Part shown: positions 29,001 through 36,885 of the stretch, in pieces | How the letters are laid out: each line of letters begins with the position of its first letter | Numbering within the stretch: the first letter of the stretch is position 1 | Source: a virus | Taxonomy: Duplodnaviria > Caudoviricetes | IMG/VR virus record: IMGVR_UViG_3300021511_000252 | Coordinates: 24,141-88,140 of that record | Strand: one strand, 5' to 3' | DNA length: 64,000 nt | Translations under genes and position numbers: made by a program | The notes under the pieces: generated by a model | Database searches by the model: none | Seen by the model: the letters and a program-made list of their open reading frames with translations, nothing else | What the model was told of the DNA's origin: nothing

Positions 29001-29339
29001 TAAATTCTGAAATCCCGCCTTATTTTTAGCCAAAAGAAGAATATGATTAGCAGTCCTATATTTTTCTAATTCCCCTTTCTTCAAGTCTTTTTTCTTTCTA
29101 TCATCTTGCATCTTCTTAACACTTTGAACAAAGTATGCTTCAAGGCCCATTATAGGAGATACATTGAACTTGGAAGATTCTATGGTTGCTTCAGCTAAAG
29201 CCCCTAAATTTCCATGGTCTGTTATGGCAAGATGAGTCATCTCCAATTCATCACATCTTTCAAAGTAAGAAGAGGGGGAAGGAATCCCATCTAATAATGA
29301 AAACATTGTATGAACATGAAGCGAAGGGAAACTCTTCAT
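26028..29339 (-). CDS. dnaE: DNA polymerase III alpha subunit (DnaE)
   Basis: PHP LHVHTMFSLLDG, RGSANGSL, DVDIDID, HPAGVV, DILG, FPRGHASSYA, C-terminal OB fold; no intein. Confidence 0.97.
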   Translation of the reverse strand: MKSFPSLHVHTMFSLLDGIPSPSSYFERCDELEMTHLAITDHGNLGALAEATIESSKFNVSPIMGLEAYFVQSVKKMQDDRKKKDLKKGELEKYRTANHILLLAKNKAGFQNLIALNNFAWTKGFYYNARLDFSELFKHKEGIVCTSACTKGIIPELLLNKKPKTALKVAKRMKEEFGENFYLELQLVDYSDQDVVNKHLIQLGKKLNIPFVVTNDVHFVHKGEHSVQRLVMEMATKGGFAYDAPENYLKSLKEWEDIRDQRRSIPKKIFRSAIDNCLKIAEECTYQIPTGNLYFPTYDHTTHFLYKKFPIGNKDKFFKEMLLYRAKKILSKKQFENSIYRKRIIYEYKTLVSLGAVDYFLICDDLLNYVRNEGAFSLIRGSANGSLIAFIFGFGLIDPIKHSIMFERFISKYRSLNDVDIDIDVRSEFRSKAISYLREKYGEDRVVSVGTYNRMQLKGAIKDVTRVLKDRLEVERKDALLEEDKKEANRIFNLQKGYQFGIINKITSGMEDGLSLESAREKYEFFDEWCNGNSRAVDTFISPLVGNVRNSSLHPAGVVLTPGKVDELLPIRTQVNPAKKSERIISTVWENSHTSREDLNEIGVMVLDILGVRTLSVVSEVIDLVKKTKGEEINLYELDLEDEATFNKFNEGEVFGVFQFSGGSAKKIVDMVNITEFNDLIVINALARPGALSANADKSFSKRKKDPSLVKYDHHSLKNILNDSLGVLVFSEHILRTASEFAGMHPKKADALRKIIKGKNPKVFKSYKKKFIEGAMKKWSGEEDIEEVAEQIWKKFSQAGSYLFPRGHASSYALLGYICQYLKVHYPVEFFACHLRYLPHDKISNAKMIAESHYGIKFNLPNINHPKAIFEPCRTRIEWPITAIKHLGEKASATIIENAPYDSIEDFYNRINRRACNSRIVESLAIAGVFKEFGKAKDVLLEYRAIKGKKELEKEMPLAFSSKENFLLARENLYGFETYPLESLYKDQIEEYKPFTSLKEFERLRQNGPLRTYGKVTKKIFRKTVRDTLMCYIHIKNKDGEQKVILFPESLELIEENLEFDVGSMIIVSGKKNVWNKESSIAVSADRRRKNKVLEPGHWIVVL

Positions 29340-29340
29340 C

Positions 29341-30501
29341 CTAATGCCTCCTTATGTAATCTTCAATTTTTTCAATTGAAAAAGATGAAAGCGATTTTCC
29401 TTCAAACCTACTTCTTGTAAGACTTAAAGCTTTTGCCAGATTACCCCCTGGTCTAGAAAGGAATTCTATGGCAGAAACAAAAATATCATCAGCCTTAACG
29501 TAAATTAAAAATTCCATCGCTTCAGAAAGATTATTATTTTTATAATGATAAAAACTTTTGGCAAGAATAAGTCCATCTTGTAAATAATTAAAAGAAGGAA
29601 CAATCGCAGAATTATCAAACTTTCCTTTTCTTATATCTTCTTCTATCTGAAAAAATAATTTCAGTTCAAAATCTAAATGTTGGACTCTATCTTCTTTAGG
29701 AAGATCCATTTCGAAAGGCAACGGCCTTACATGCTCATAAACATTGAAAGAATATTTTGCACCAAGAACACTTTTAGTTATATCTCCCTGGAAATCATAA
29801 GCGTGGAGACTGTTAATCATATGGATTTGCCTTCCTATCGGAATTTCTAATAACATTGCCATCGTTTCAAGAATTACAGAAAATTGGACAACATTTGTAT
29901 TACAAAGACCGTATGTTATATCATTAGATCTATTAAAAATAGTAAGATCTAACTTCCCTTCCCTAATTAAAAACTGAAACGCTATGTTACAAGGACGGTC
30001 ATTAGTTTCAATTTCAAAATGATCTAAAAAAGGATTCCAATAGATCATAACTGCTTGCCGAGTGGAAGAATCTTTTAGAAGAGCATTATAACAATCTTCG
30101 AACTGATCTCTTAATTGAATCTTCGGAGTTCTTAAAGAAAAAGTTCTATGACTTCCCCACTCTCTCATTCGAACTCCATAAGGAGCATGGAACTCCTTTT
30201 GTTCGTCTGCATATTTTTTCATATTCCCAAGATAATATTCTATAAATTCAAGATCTCCTCTTCCTCCTAAAATATATTCACTTTCTTGCATTTGAAAAAA
30301 AGGATGAATCATTCTTCCCGGACAAGTTAAAAATCTTTCCCTTGGCTTATTGATAATCACCATAGCAGGACGAACTTCTTTAGTCGATAATCCTCTCGGA
30401 GAAATTTCCATTCCTCTTTCAATTATTCCATCCAAGGTATCTTTGTAAAAATCATTTACTCCGTCACCTTCAACAACAAAAAATCTAGAATCTTCTATCA
30501 T
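29341..30501 (-). CDS. Thymidylate-synthase homologue, probable dUMP hydroxymethylase-type
   Basis: TRQA, DRPCN catalytic Cys, RSNDITYGLCNTN, SLHAY; long C-terminal extension absent from classical ThyA. Confidence 0.8.
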   Translation of the reverse strand: MIEDSRFFVVEGDGVNDFYKDTLDGIIERGMEISPRGLSTKEVRPAMVIINKPRERFLTCPGRMIHPFFQMQESEYILGGRGDLEFIEYYLGNMKKYADEQKEFHAPYGVRMREWGSHRTFSLRTPKIQLRDQFEDCYNALLKDSSTRQAVMIYWNPFLDHFEIETNDRPCNIAFQFLIREGKLDLTIFNRSNDITYGLCNTNVVQFSVILETMAMLLEIPIGRQIHMINSLHAYDFQGDITKSVLGAKYSFNVYEHVRPLPFEMDLPKEDRVQHLDFELKLFFQIEEDIRKGKFDNSAIVPSFNYLQDGLILAKSFYHYKNNNLSEAMEFLIYVKADDIFVSAIEFLSRPGGNLAKALSLTRSRFEGKSLSSFSIEKIEDYIRRH

Positions 30502-30517
30502 GATTACAACCCCAAAT

Positions 30518-30751
30518 CTAGAGAGTTTTTATTCCGCCATCTTCATTCTTTATCTTAACAATAACTCTTCTGTTAGGCCCAGATTTAATAAAAGATTTTT
30601 CTCTCCCTTTATCAATTCCTAAAAGGGAATCAATAAACCCTTTGTAATCTGTAACAGCTAAAGTAATTTCAATCATATCTGGACCTACAACTTCTTCAAC
30701 ACAAACATGAGGTGAATTGAATTTCAAATGTAATCCTTTATTCTCTTCCAT
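30518..30751 (-). CDS. Hypothetical protein
   Basis: 77-aa ORF, GGAGG RBS. Confidence 0.7.
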   Translation of the reverse strand: MEENKGLHLKFNSPHVCVEEVVGPDMIEITLAVTDYKGFIDSLLGIDKGREKSFIKSGPNRRVIVKIKNEDGGIKTL

Positions 30752-31019
30752 CTCCCTCCTCCTCCTTTTCTTTTTTAAAGTCTATATCTCCAAAAGTATT
30801 AAACAGAAAATTTAACCCAAAATATCTAGATACAAAGAAAAAAACCAAAGAGAAAAGAAAAAATAAAGAACTCATCCCCATTCTTCCTCTACCAAAAAAG
30901 AAAATTGCCACACCGAGAAACGCCCCTCCAACAAAGGATAAGAATAAACTCTTATCAATAGAATTATAAATTGCACTCCTCAAATTTTCTTCAGGAAATA
31001 CTGAATCTTCATTATCCAT
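30738..31019 (-). CDS. Small two-TM membrane protein
   Basis: Start re-called at MDNEDSVF; two hydrophobic segments. Confidence 0.65.
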   Translation of the reverse strand: MDNEDSVFPEENLRSAIYNSIDKSLFLSFVGGAFLGVAIFFFGRGRMGMSSLFFLFSLVFFFVSRYFGLNFLFNTFGDIDFKKEKEEEGDGRE

Positions 31020-31078
31020 TTCATTTCCTCTTTTTACAAGTAAATACCTAAATCCAACAGGCAATAGCATATATATAA

Positions 31079-31681
31079 CTATACTGCTTTTTGTATAGAG
31101 ACTTCTTTACTAAATTCATTCTTTAAAAGAACAATTAAACCAAGAGCTGACCATTCATACTTTCTCTTAGGATGTTCAACCAAATGCTTAATTGGATACC
31201 CTAATACTTTTAAAGACCTCATTCTTGATCTTGTAGTTAAGGGAAGAGCACACATCCCTTCTCTTCCTTTAACTATTGGAGTAGGGCAATCTTGACAAGA
31301 ATGCTCTACAAAAAAAGCAAGAGCTTCATGATAGCCCTGTCTTACAAATTGTAACCTAAGAGAATATAATTCTTTTTGGAATTTAACTAACTGATAAGAA
31401 ACGAGATTCTTCCCCGGATGAGAAAAGATATGGTCGGATAATCTTATTCCTCGATACACGGTTTTTTTAGCTTTATACTCACACCAGGGACAAAGAAGGC
31501 CATTGACTTTCTCCCTAAATGGCTTCTCAAATAAGATAGCTTCTCTTCCTGCAATTATATCTACAAACTGTTTAAAAGTTATTCCCATAGAGTCAAAATC
31601 ATACAAGAAACAAGCTTGAGGCTTTTTAATCTTAGGTGTCCACCGCTTAACCTTAACAAAATCCACGATCTCTGGGAGCAT
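31079..31681 (-). CDS. Divergent DUF2284-like metalloprotein with C2H2-type finger
   Basis: CPWC-x16-H-x3-H, then L....F..GY..ALAF...SCQDC...C....R.SL..LG resembling the DUF2284 C-terminal half. Confidence 0.55.
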   Translation of the reverse strand: MLPEIVDFVKVKRWTPKIKKPQACFLYDFDSMGITFKQFVDIIAGREAILFEKPFREKVNGLLCPWCEYKAKKTVYRGIRLSDHIFSHPGKNLVSYQLVKFQKELYSLRLQFVRQGYHEALAFFVEHSCQDCPTPIVKGREGMCALPLTTRSRMRSLKVLGYPIKHLVEHPKRKYEWSALGLIVLLKNEFSKEVSIQKAV

Positions 31682-31682
31682 A

Positions 31683-32315
31683 TTATCTTTCCTTCTTAAT
31701 TGCCATAAGAGTTACTTGGGTAAGATAAGACATTACCGGATATTCATATTCCACGCCTAACTTTTCCAGAAGAGAATAAACATTTATTCCTGTAGCTTCT
31801 AAAGAAGTTAAACCATGCCTTTTACAAGGAGGATGTTCCCTCTGGGGACATTTTCTTTTACATAAATCGCAATGCCCTTGAATATATGTTTCCGCTTTAA
31901 ATCCTTGCCTTCGATTAATTTTTCTTATCTTATACATTAGAAATGTAAGATATCTCGCACTTACACTTTCTATGCCCTTTAGCTGTCTTCCGCTTGTAAC
32001 TTTTCTCAGCCTAAAATGGGCATATTCTTCTTGCTCTCTCTTGTACCAGAACCTTTTAGTCCCATCATTCCTAAAAATATAAACATAAATTTCATCAAAA
32101 GAATTAAAATATTCTATAGAAGAATCTATTGTTCTATACTGAGGATAAGTCTGATACAATAACGGAGGACATAATATTCCTCTATTATATAAACCACAAT
32201 TCTGACACAATACTCTAGCATAAGCAGTTATAGGAAGATCTTTAGGGGAAATTTTAAAAATCTTATAAATAAACTGAGGAAAGTTTTTTTCTTTTACATA
32301 TTTTACTTTTGGCAT
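31683..32315 (-). CDS. DUF2284-family predicted metal-binding protein
   Basis: RVLCQNCGLYN....CPP; GHCDLC...C......C....TSLEATGINV. Confidence 0.8.
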   Translation of the reverse strand: MPKVKYVKEKNFPQFIYKIFKISPKDLPITAYARVLCQNCGLYNRGILCPPLLYQTYPQYRTIDSSIEYFNSFDEIYVYIFRNDGTKRFWYKREQEEYAHFRLRKVTSGRQLKGIESVSARYLTFLMYKIRKINRRQGFKAETYIQGHCDLCKRKCPQREHPPCKRHGLTSLEATGINVYSLLEKLGVEYEYPVMSYLTQVTLMAIKKER

Positions 32316-32323
32316 TTCTACCT

Positions 32324-33661
32324 CTAAAAAATTTTCTTTCTGAAGAATTTAATTCCCTCGTTAGAAGCCTTTTTTAACTCGGGACTTAACTTTCCCCTTA
32401 CTCGCTTGTTAAAAAGGCCACAAGCTTTACCATTTGCAAGATCAATAAAATCTTGAGCAATTTTTTTCCTGTCGAACATATACATCAAGTTATAATTATT
32501 AGAAATTATAGCTTCAGCTTCGTCTTTAGATAACGAACTCCCATATTCTACAATTTTCCCATACTCTTTCGGAATAGCATCATATGGAATCATTATATAA
32601 TTTTCGTTAGGCTTAAATACTTGACCTACTCCGCTAGAATCGTTTGACATCCCAAGGTTAATAGCAATAGGAATGGTTCCTCTCTTTATTGCGTCTACTA
32701 TCACTCTATTAAAATGACTTCCATATTTATTATACCTTCTAGACCAAGAAGAATCTACTAAAGTTCGAACTTGACTAAGGATTACATCTCTCTTAAATGG
32801 AGAAATGAATCCAAGATAATCCATTCCATAATGTAAGGCTCTATCCCAAATTCTAGTATTGGAAGTTTCTAAGAATTCTGGAAGATCAGGATCTTCTGCT
32901 TCTCTGCAATAGTATTTATCTTTTACTTTATCTTTCGAGACCATATATCTCTGCTCTATGCCGCCTCCCGCAACAAACTTTTTTATATGATCTCCCATGT
33001 ATGGAATTGCCCTAATTAAATTGTCAACATGTTTCCAAGATTTAAAGACTTGAAGAGAAAGAAAGCCAGGAGATCTTTTATCATAATCATAAACCTCTTC
33101 TATTCCAGAAAGATCTTGAGGGTTGAGAATTAATGCTCTAGGAACATCTAGATTCCTACCGAGATTGAAGGCGCATTCATGGACACAGGCTATTCCATCA
33201 AAATACTTACGAATTCCTGCAATCCAAGGAATATTAAATAAATTACCATCATGCAAAATAGCTATAGATTTTTGACAAGCTGAATATAGATACAGCCAAT
33301 CAGAATTTCCTTGATTTGCTTTGGATTTAGAAGGAACAGGAACTTCCCAAATTACAAGATCGTATTTAGAAAGAGTATCTTTTGTCTTTTTTAAATTCTC
33401 CTCTCCCTTATACGAAAGCTTATGTTTCCAAGGAACAGCATTCCACCCTGCCTGTTGATTAACTACACAAAAAGCTCCATTGACCCATCCTCTTCTGAGA
33501 AGCTCTCTATCTTGGTAAGGTCGCCTGAAAAAATCCTGATAATAAAGAATATGAAAATTAACCTGATGCCCTAACTCTCTTAATCCAAAAGCTAATTCTT
33601 CAACATGGTTAATTATCCCCCCTAAATCTGAAATTGGATATATTACAAGAGCAACTTTCAT
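32324..33661 (-). CDS. GT-B glycosyltransferase resembling T4 DNA alpha-glucosyltransferase
   Basis: Start re-called at MKVALVIYP; GGI..HV..L..GH.V, DLVIWEVP, ILHD, SWKHV, DA..RGTIPI match motifs of T4 AGT as I recall them. Confidence 0.7.
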   Translation of the reverse strand: MKVALVIYPISDLGGIINHVEELAFGLRELGHQVNFHILYYQDFFRRPYQDRELLRRGWVNGAFCVVNQQAGWNAVPWKHKLSYKGEENLKKTKDTLSKYDLVIWEVPVPSKSKANQGNSDWLYLYSACQKSIAILHDGNLFNIPWIAGIRKYFDGIACVHECAFNLGRNLDVPRALILNPQDLSGIEEVYDYDKRSPGFLSLQVFKSWKHVDNLIRAIPYMGDHIKKFVAGGGIEQRYMVSKDKVKDKYYCREAEDPDLPEFLETSNTRIWDRALHYGMDYLGFISPFKRDVILSQVRTLVDSSWSRRYNKYGSHFNRVIVDAIKRGTIPIAINLGMSNDSSGVGQVFKPNENYIMIPYDAIPKEYGKIVEYGSSLSKDEAEAIISNNYNLMYMFDRKKIAQDFIDLANGKACGLFNKRVRGKLSPELKKASNEGIKFFRKKIF

Positions 33662-33683
33662 AATTCTTTCTCCATTAGTTTTT

Positions 33684-34625
33684 TTATTTACATTGCCCTT
33701 CAACACAAAATGCATCTGCATAATTTGGATTAAGATGAACAATTACTGGCAAAACAATATCCTTATGAGCTTTTTTTATCATTCTTTGATAAATTTTCCA
33801 ATCTTCCTCGGACATCCTCTTCTTTAGAACTTTTTCTGTAGTTACCCACCCATACGTTCTAGTTACACTAAAGCCTATATTCTTAAGAATTTTAACTAAT
33901 TCTTCAGGATTATACTCGTACACATGAAAATCATACCCTTTAGAATTTCTCCTAACTGGAGTCGAGATGAAATATTTTCCTCTTTTACGAAGAACTCTAT
34001 GCATTTCTTTCAAAAGAAGAATAGCATATTTTTCTTCAAAATGTTCTAAAGTTTCACCAAGAAAAATGCAATCAACAGAATTAGATTTAACGAAATTTAA
34101 AGGAAAAGTTATATCATGTTGAATAAACATAACAGGGGTTCTAGATGCCCCTACAGCTTCAAATCCTTGAGTAAGGCGCTCATCATCTATATCTACCCCC
34201 ACATAAAGAGGGTTTTTATAATAAAAAGACCCACTCATAATCTTTCTAATTTCTCCTACATCACAGCCTAGATCCAACACCCTAGCTCTTCTTTTCTTGA
34301 AGACAGGAACTCGGGCTGACCATTCATAATGTCTATTAAGCCAACTTAATCTTCTAGAATATCGAACCATACCTCGGCCAATCTCCTCCAGCATAAAGGC
34401 AGTTCCACAATTTTCTATTCCGGAATTATGAAGATTTTCCTTTAGCTTTTTCGCTAAAAATAAAAAAGCCTTACTTTTTACAGCAGGCTTTCTTTTTGAT
34501 CTTCGAAGAACACTTAAATCAATAAAAGAACCAAAGGCGGTTTCTATTTCAGAAGATACTTTCTCAACTTCCATCTTTTTCTCCAAAAACATAGAGACTA
34601 GATAAATTCTAGCCTCTATGTTCAT
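33684..34625 (-). CDS. Class I SAM-dependent methyltransferase
   Basis: VLDLGCDVG, VGVDID, HDI, GETLEH, HRVLR..G..FISTP. Confidence 0.9.
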   Translation of the reverse strand: MNIEARIYLVSMFLEKKMEVEKVSSEIETAFGSFIDLSVLRRSKRKPAVKSKAFLFLAKKLKENLHNSGIENCGTAFMLEEIGRGMVRYSRRLSWLNRHYEWSARVPVFKKRRARVLDLGCDVGEIRKIMSGSFYYKNPLYVGVDIDDERLTQGFEAVGASRTPVMFIQHDITFPLNFVKSNSVDCIFLGETLEHFEEKYAILLLKEMHRVLRKRGKYFISTPVRRNSKGYDFHVYEYNPEELVKILKNIGFSVTRTYGWVTTEKVLKKRMSEEDWKIYQRMIKKAHKDIVLPVIVHLNPNYADAFCVEGQCK

Positions 34626-34654
34626 TTTATAATTTTAAAATTTATCTTAAATTT

Positions 34655-35566
34655 CTATTTTTTCTTTTTCTTCCCTCCCTTTTTTCCTTTAGCTTTCTTC
34701 TTAGACTTCTTCTTAGGTTCTTTCTCTTCAACTTTCTTCTTAGATTTCTTCTTAGGTTCTTTCTCCTCAACTTTCTTCTTGGACTTCTTCTTAGGTTCTT
34801 TCTCTTCAACTTTCTTCTTGGACTTCTTCTTTGCTCCAACTACGTTCTTAGCAAACCATTCACTATACTGTTCAACAATTTTAAGCCCATCGTCTATAGC
34901 TGTTTTAGAAACGGCAACCTTGACCGCCTTATAAGGCTTTGTCCAGTAATCACACATCTTTTTAAGACTTTTACCTTTAGGCTGGAAAAACTTTTCATCA
35001 TCAATTACCGACTTATTAAGCCAAAGATAAATTTCTCCTTCTTTAGCTTGCTTAACAATGCTGCAAAAATTAGGCCCATCTTTTCCAAGAGTAACAATCG
35101 TAATTGATTTTTTATGAACTACCTTTCCAAATTCCTCAAGGCCCTTCAGAAAAGGCTTAAAAGAAATAGGGACTACAGTCTGTTCTCCCCCAACTTTAAG
35201 TCGGTCTACTTTAGGCCCACCGCCACCGCCACCTCTGTTTGATTTCTTAGGCTTAATCTTCTTTCCAGGAAATCGAGCTTTTTCCGGAGGAAGCTCTTCT
35301 TCCTCTTCTTCCTCTTCTTCCTCTTCCTCTTCTTCTTCCTCCTCTTCTTCTTCTTCTTCTTCCTCCTCCTCTTCTTCTTCTTCCTCTTCCTCTTCCTCTT
35401 CTTCCTCCTCCTCTTCTTCTTCTTCCTCTTCCTCTTCCTCTTCTTCTTCCTCCTCTTCCTCCTCTTCTTCTTCTTCTTCAAGTTCGTCTTCTAAATCTTC
35501 CTCCTCATCTTCCAATTCTTCATCTTCAAAATCCATGTCCTCAAATTCATCCTTGTCTTTTGCCAT
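34655..35566 (-). CDS. Bipolar low-complexity protein (poly-Glu N-terminus, KKKSKKKVEEKEP repeats at C-terminus)
   Basis: About 60 consecutive Glu; three 13-aa repeats; globular core between them. Confidence 0.8.
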   Translation of the reverse strand: MAKDKDEFEDMDFEDEELEDEEEDLEDELEEEEEEEEEEEEEEEEEEEEEEEEEEEEEEEEEEEEEEEEEEEEEEEEEEEEEEEEEEEEEELPPEKARFPGKKIKPKKSNRGGGGGGPKVDRLKVGGEQTVVPISFKPFLKGLEEFGKVVHKKSITIVTLGKDGPNFCSIVKQAKEGEIYLWLNKSVIDDEKFFQPKGKSLKKMCDYWTKPYKAVKVAVSKTAIDDGLKIVEQYSEWFAKNVVGAKKKSKKKVEEKEPKKKSKKKVEEKEPKKKSKKKVEEKEPKKKSKKKAKGKKGGKKKKK

Positions 35567-35655
35567 TTTTGTTCTCCTCCGTAATTAAAGTTTTTAGACA
35601 AACATACAGGTTTTTACCTCATGTTACATTATACACCGTTCAAAATTAACGACTT

Positions 35656-36636
35656 CTAAAATAAATAAATCTTGCTTTTTTTTATAGAATCTTTTATTTT
35701 TTTTACAGATGACTCATCAGGGTCTTTCCCATTAGGGAGAATACATACTCTAACTTCCTTATCGATACAAACCTTTGAAAGGAGATTATGAATTTTCTTA
35801 AGATTTTTTATGGGGACAGACCCATCCAACATAAGGAAAATTCTCTCAGCTTCAGTCCGGGATAAAAGGTGGACTTGCCTATTGCTAACAGAGCTCCCTA
35901 AAAGACCCACGGCGGAAAGATTAAGTGCTCTCATCTTTAACACATCCCATATCCCTTCTACAACAAAAATATTCTTTTTATAAATTACGTCATTATACCC
36001 ATATAACACCTCCGACATAAAAGATTTCTTAGGAAAGAGTGATTTTCTATACTTTCCCCCTTTTTCTTCTGCCAATTCTTTAGCTTCCCTAAAGGCTTTT
36101 TTACTTAAAGCTGTAACCGCAGTAAAAGTCTCAGTTCTTAAAGTTTTAATTGGGAAAACTATTCTATTAAAATATTTTCCCCCCTGATTACAAATTAAAG
36201 CTCCTGTCTGAACAGCAAGCTCATAACTTACCTTCCTTTCCTTAAACACTTTAGGAAATCTTTCTCTTGTTATCTTCTTTAACCCCATAGGAAGGGGATT
36301 CTTAAAATATACCTCTTGAAAATCTAAGCTCTGAGAGCCTAACCGTACCTCTTCTAATAGCCCCCTAACCTTACCCCTTAACCCGTCCGGCGAAGTGTCC
36401 CTCCCCCGCTTACAGAGCTCCAGAGCGACATCAACATTAATATCAAAGACCGCCATTAAAAAGGCAACAGCATTACACGCCCATTTACATCTATGACAAA
36501 TTCCAAGATTCTTTTTGACGTTATAATAAAAATGATCTTCTTTATCACACGAAGGACAAGTCATCAAAATTTCTTTATCGTTAATCACGCGATATGAAAT
36601 TGCCTTATCTTTCAATATGTCTTTAATATCAAACAT
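35656..36636 (-). CDS. dnaG: DnaG-like primase (zinc-binding domain + Toprim)
   Basis: CPSC...H...CHRC, RIVFPI, FVVEGIWD, LLG, MLDG, KDPDE. Confidence 0.9.
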   Translation of the reverse strand: MFDIKDILKDKAISYRVINDKEILMTCPSCDKEDHFYYNVKKNLGICHRCKWACNAVAFLMAVFDINVDVALELCKRGRDTSPDGLRGKVRGLLEEVRLGSQSLDFQEVYFKNPLPMGLKKITRERFPKVFKERKVSYELAVQTGALICNQGGKYFNRIVFPIKTLRTETFTAVTALSKKAFREAKELAEEKGGKYRKSLFPKKSFMSEVLYGYNDVIYKKNIFVVEGIWDVLKMRALNLSAVGLLGSSVSNRQVHLLSRTEAERIFLMLDGSVPIKNLKKIHNLLSKVCIDKEVRVCILPNGKDPDESSVKKIKDSIKKSKIYLF

Positions 36637-36885
36637 CAGAGTGGAAGAGTATCACCATTATATATATTCTAAGGGGAATTTTATTTTTTCTTCTCTGCAA
36701 ACTTTCTTATTAGTCAGCTTCTTTCTTGGTCTATGCACAACAAATTGATTAAGAATAGAATCAAATTTTATAGAGACAACTCTGGACTCTCCCAAATCAC
36801 CCTTTTTCTCCAATAAGATATTCAAAAATCTCCCTTAAAACATCTTCACCAATCAATGCCACGGATTCATATTCTCTAGACATCT

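Noticed and set aside
26028-29339. Inteins or introns in dnaE, dnaB or recA
   Set aside because: Sizes are normal and no C/S...HN splice motifs or LAGLIDADG blocks are seen.
29341-30501. Ordinary thyA call
   Set aside because: RSND motif, shifted Asn and C-terminal extension differ from classical ThyA; kept as hydroxymethylase-type, but ThyA activity is not excluded.
34642-35481. Arg/Lys-rich ORFs 34642-34839 and 35206-35481
   Set aside because: Frame-shifted readings of the poly-Glu and KKKS repeats.
35625-35656. GAAGTCGTTAA shared with 59127-59137 as a late-promoter element
   Set aside because: Only two copies, with inconsistent spacing to a -10 box.
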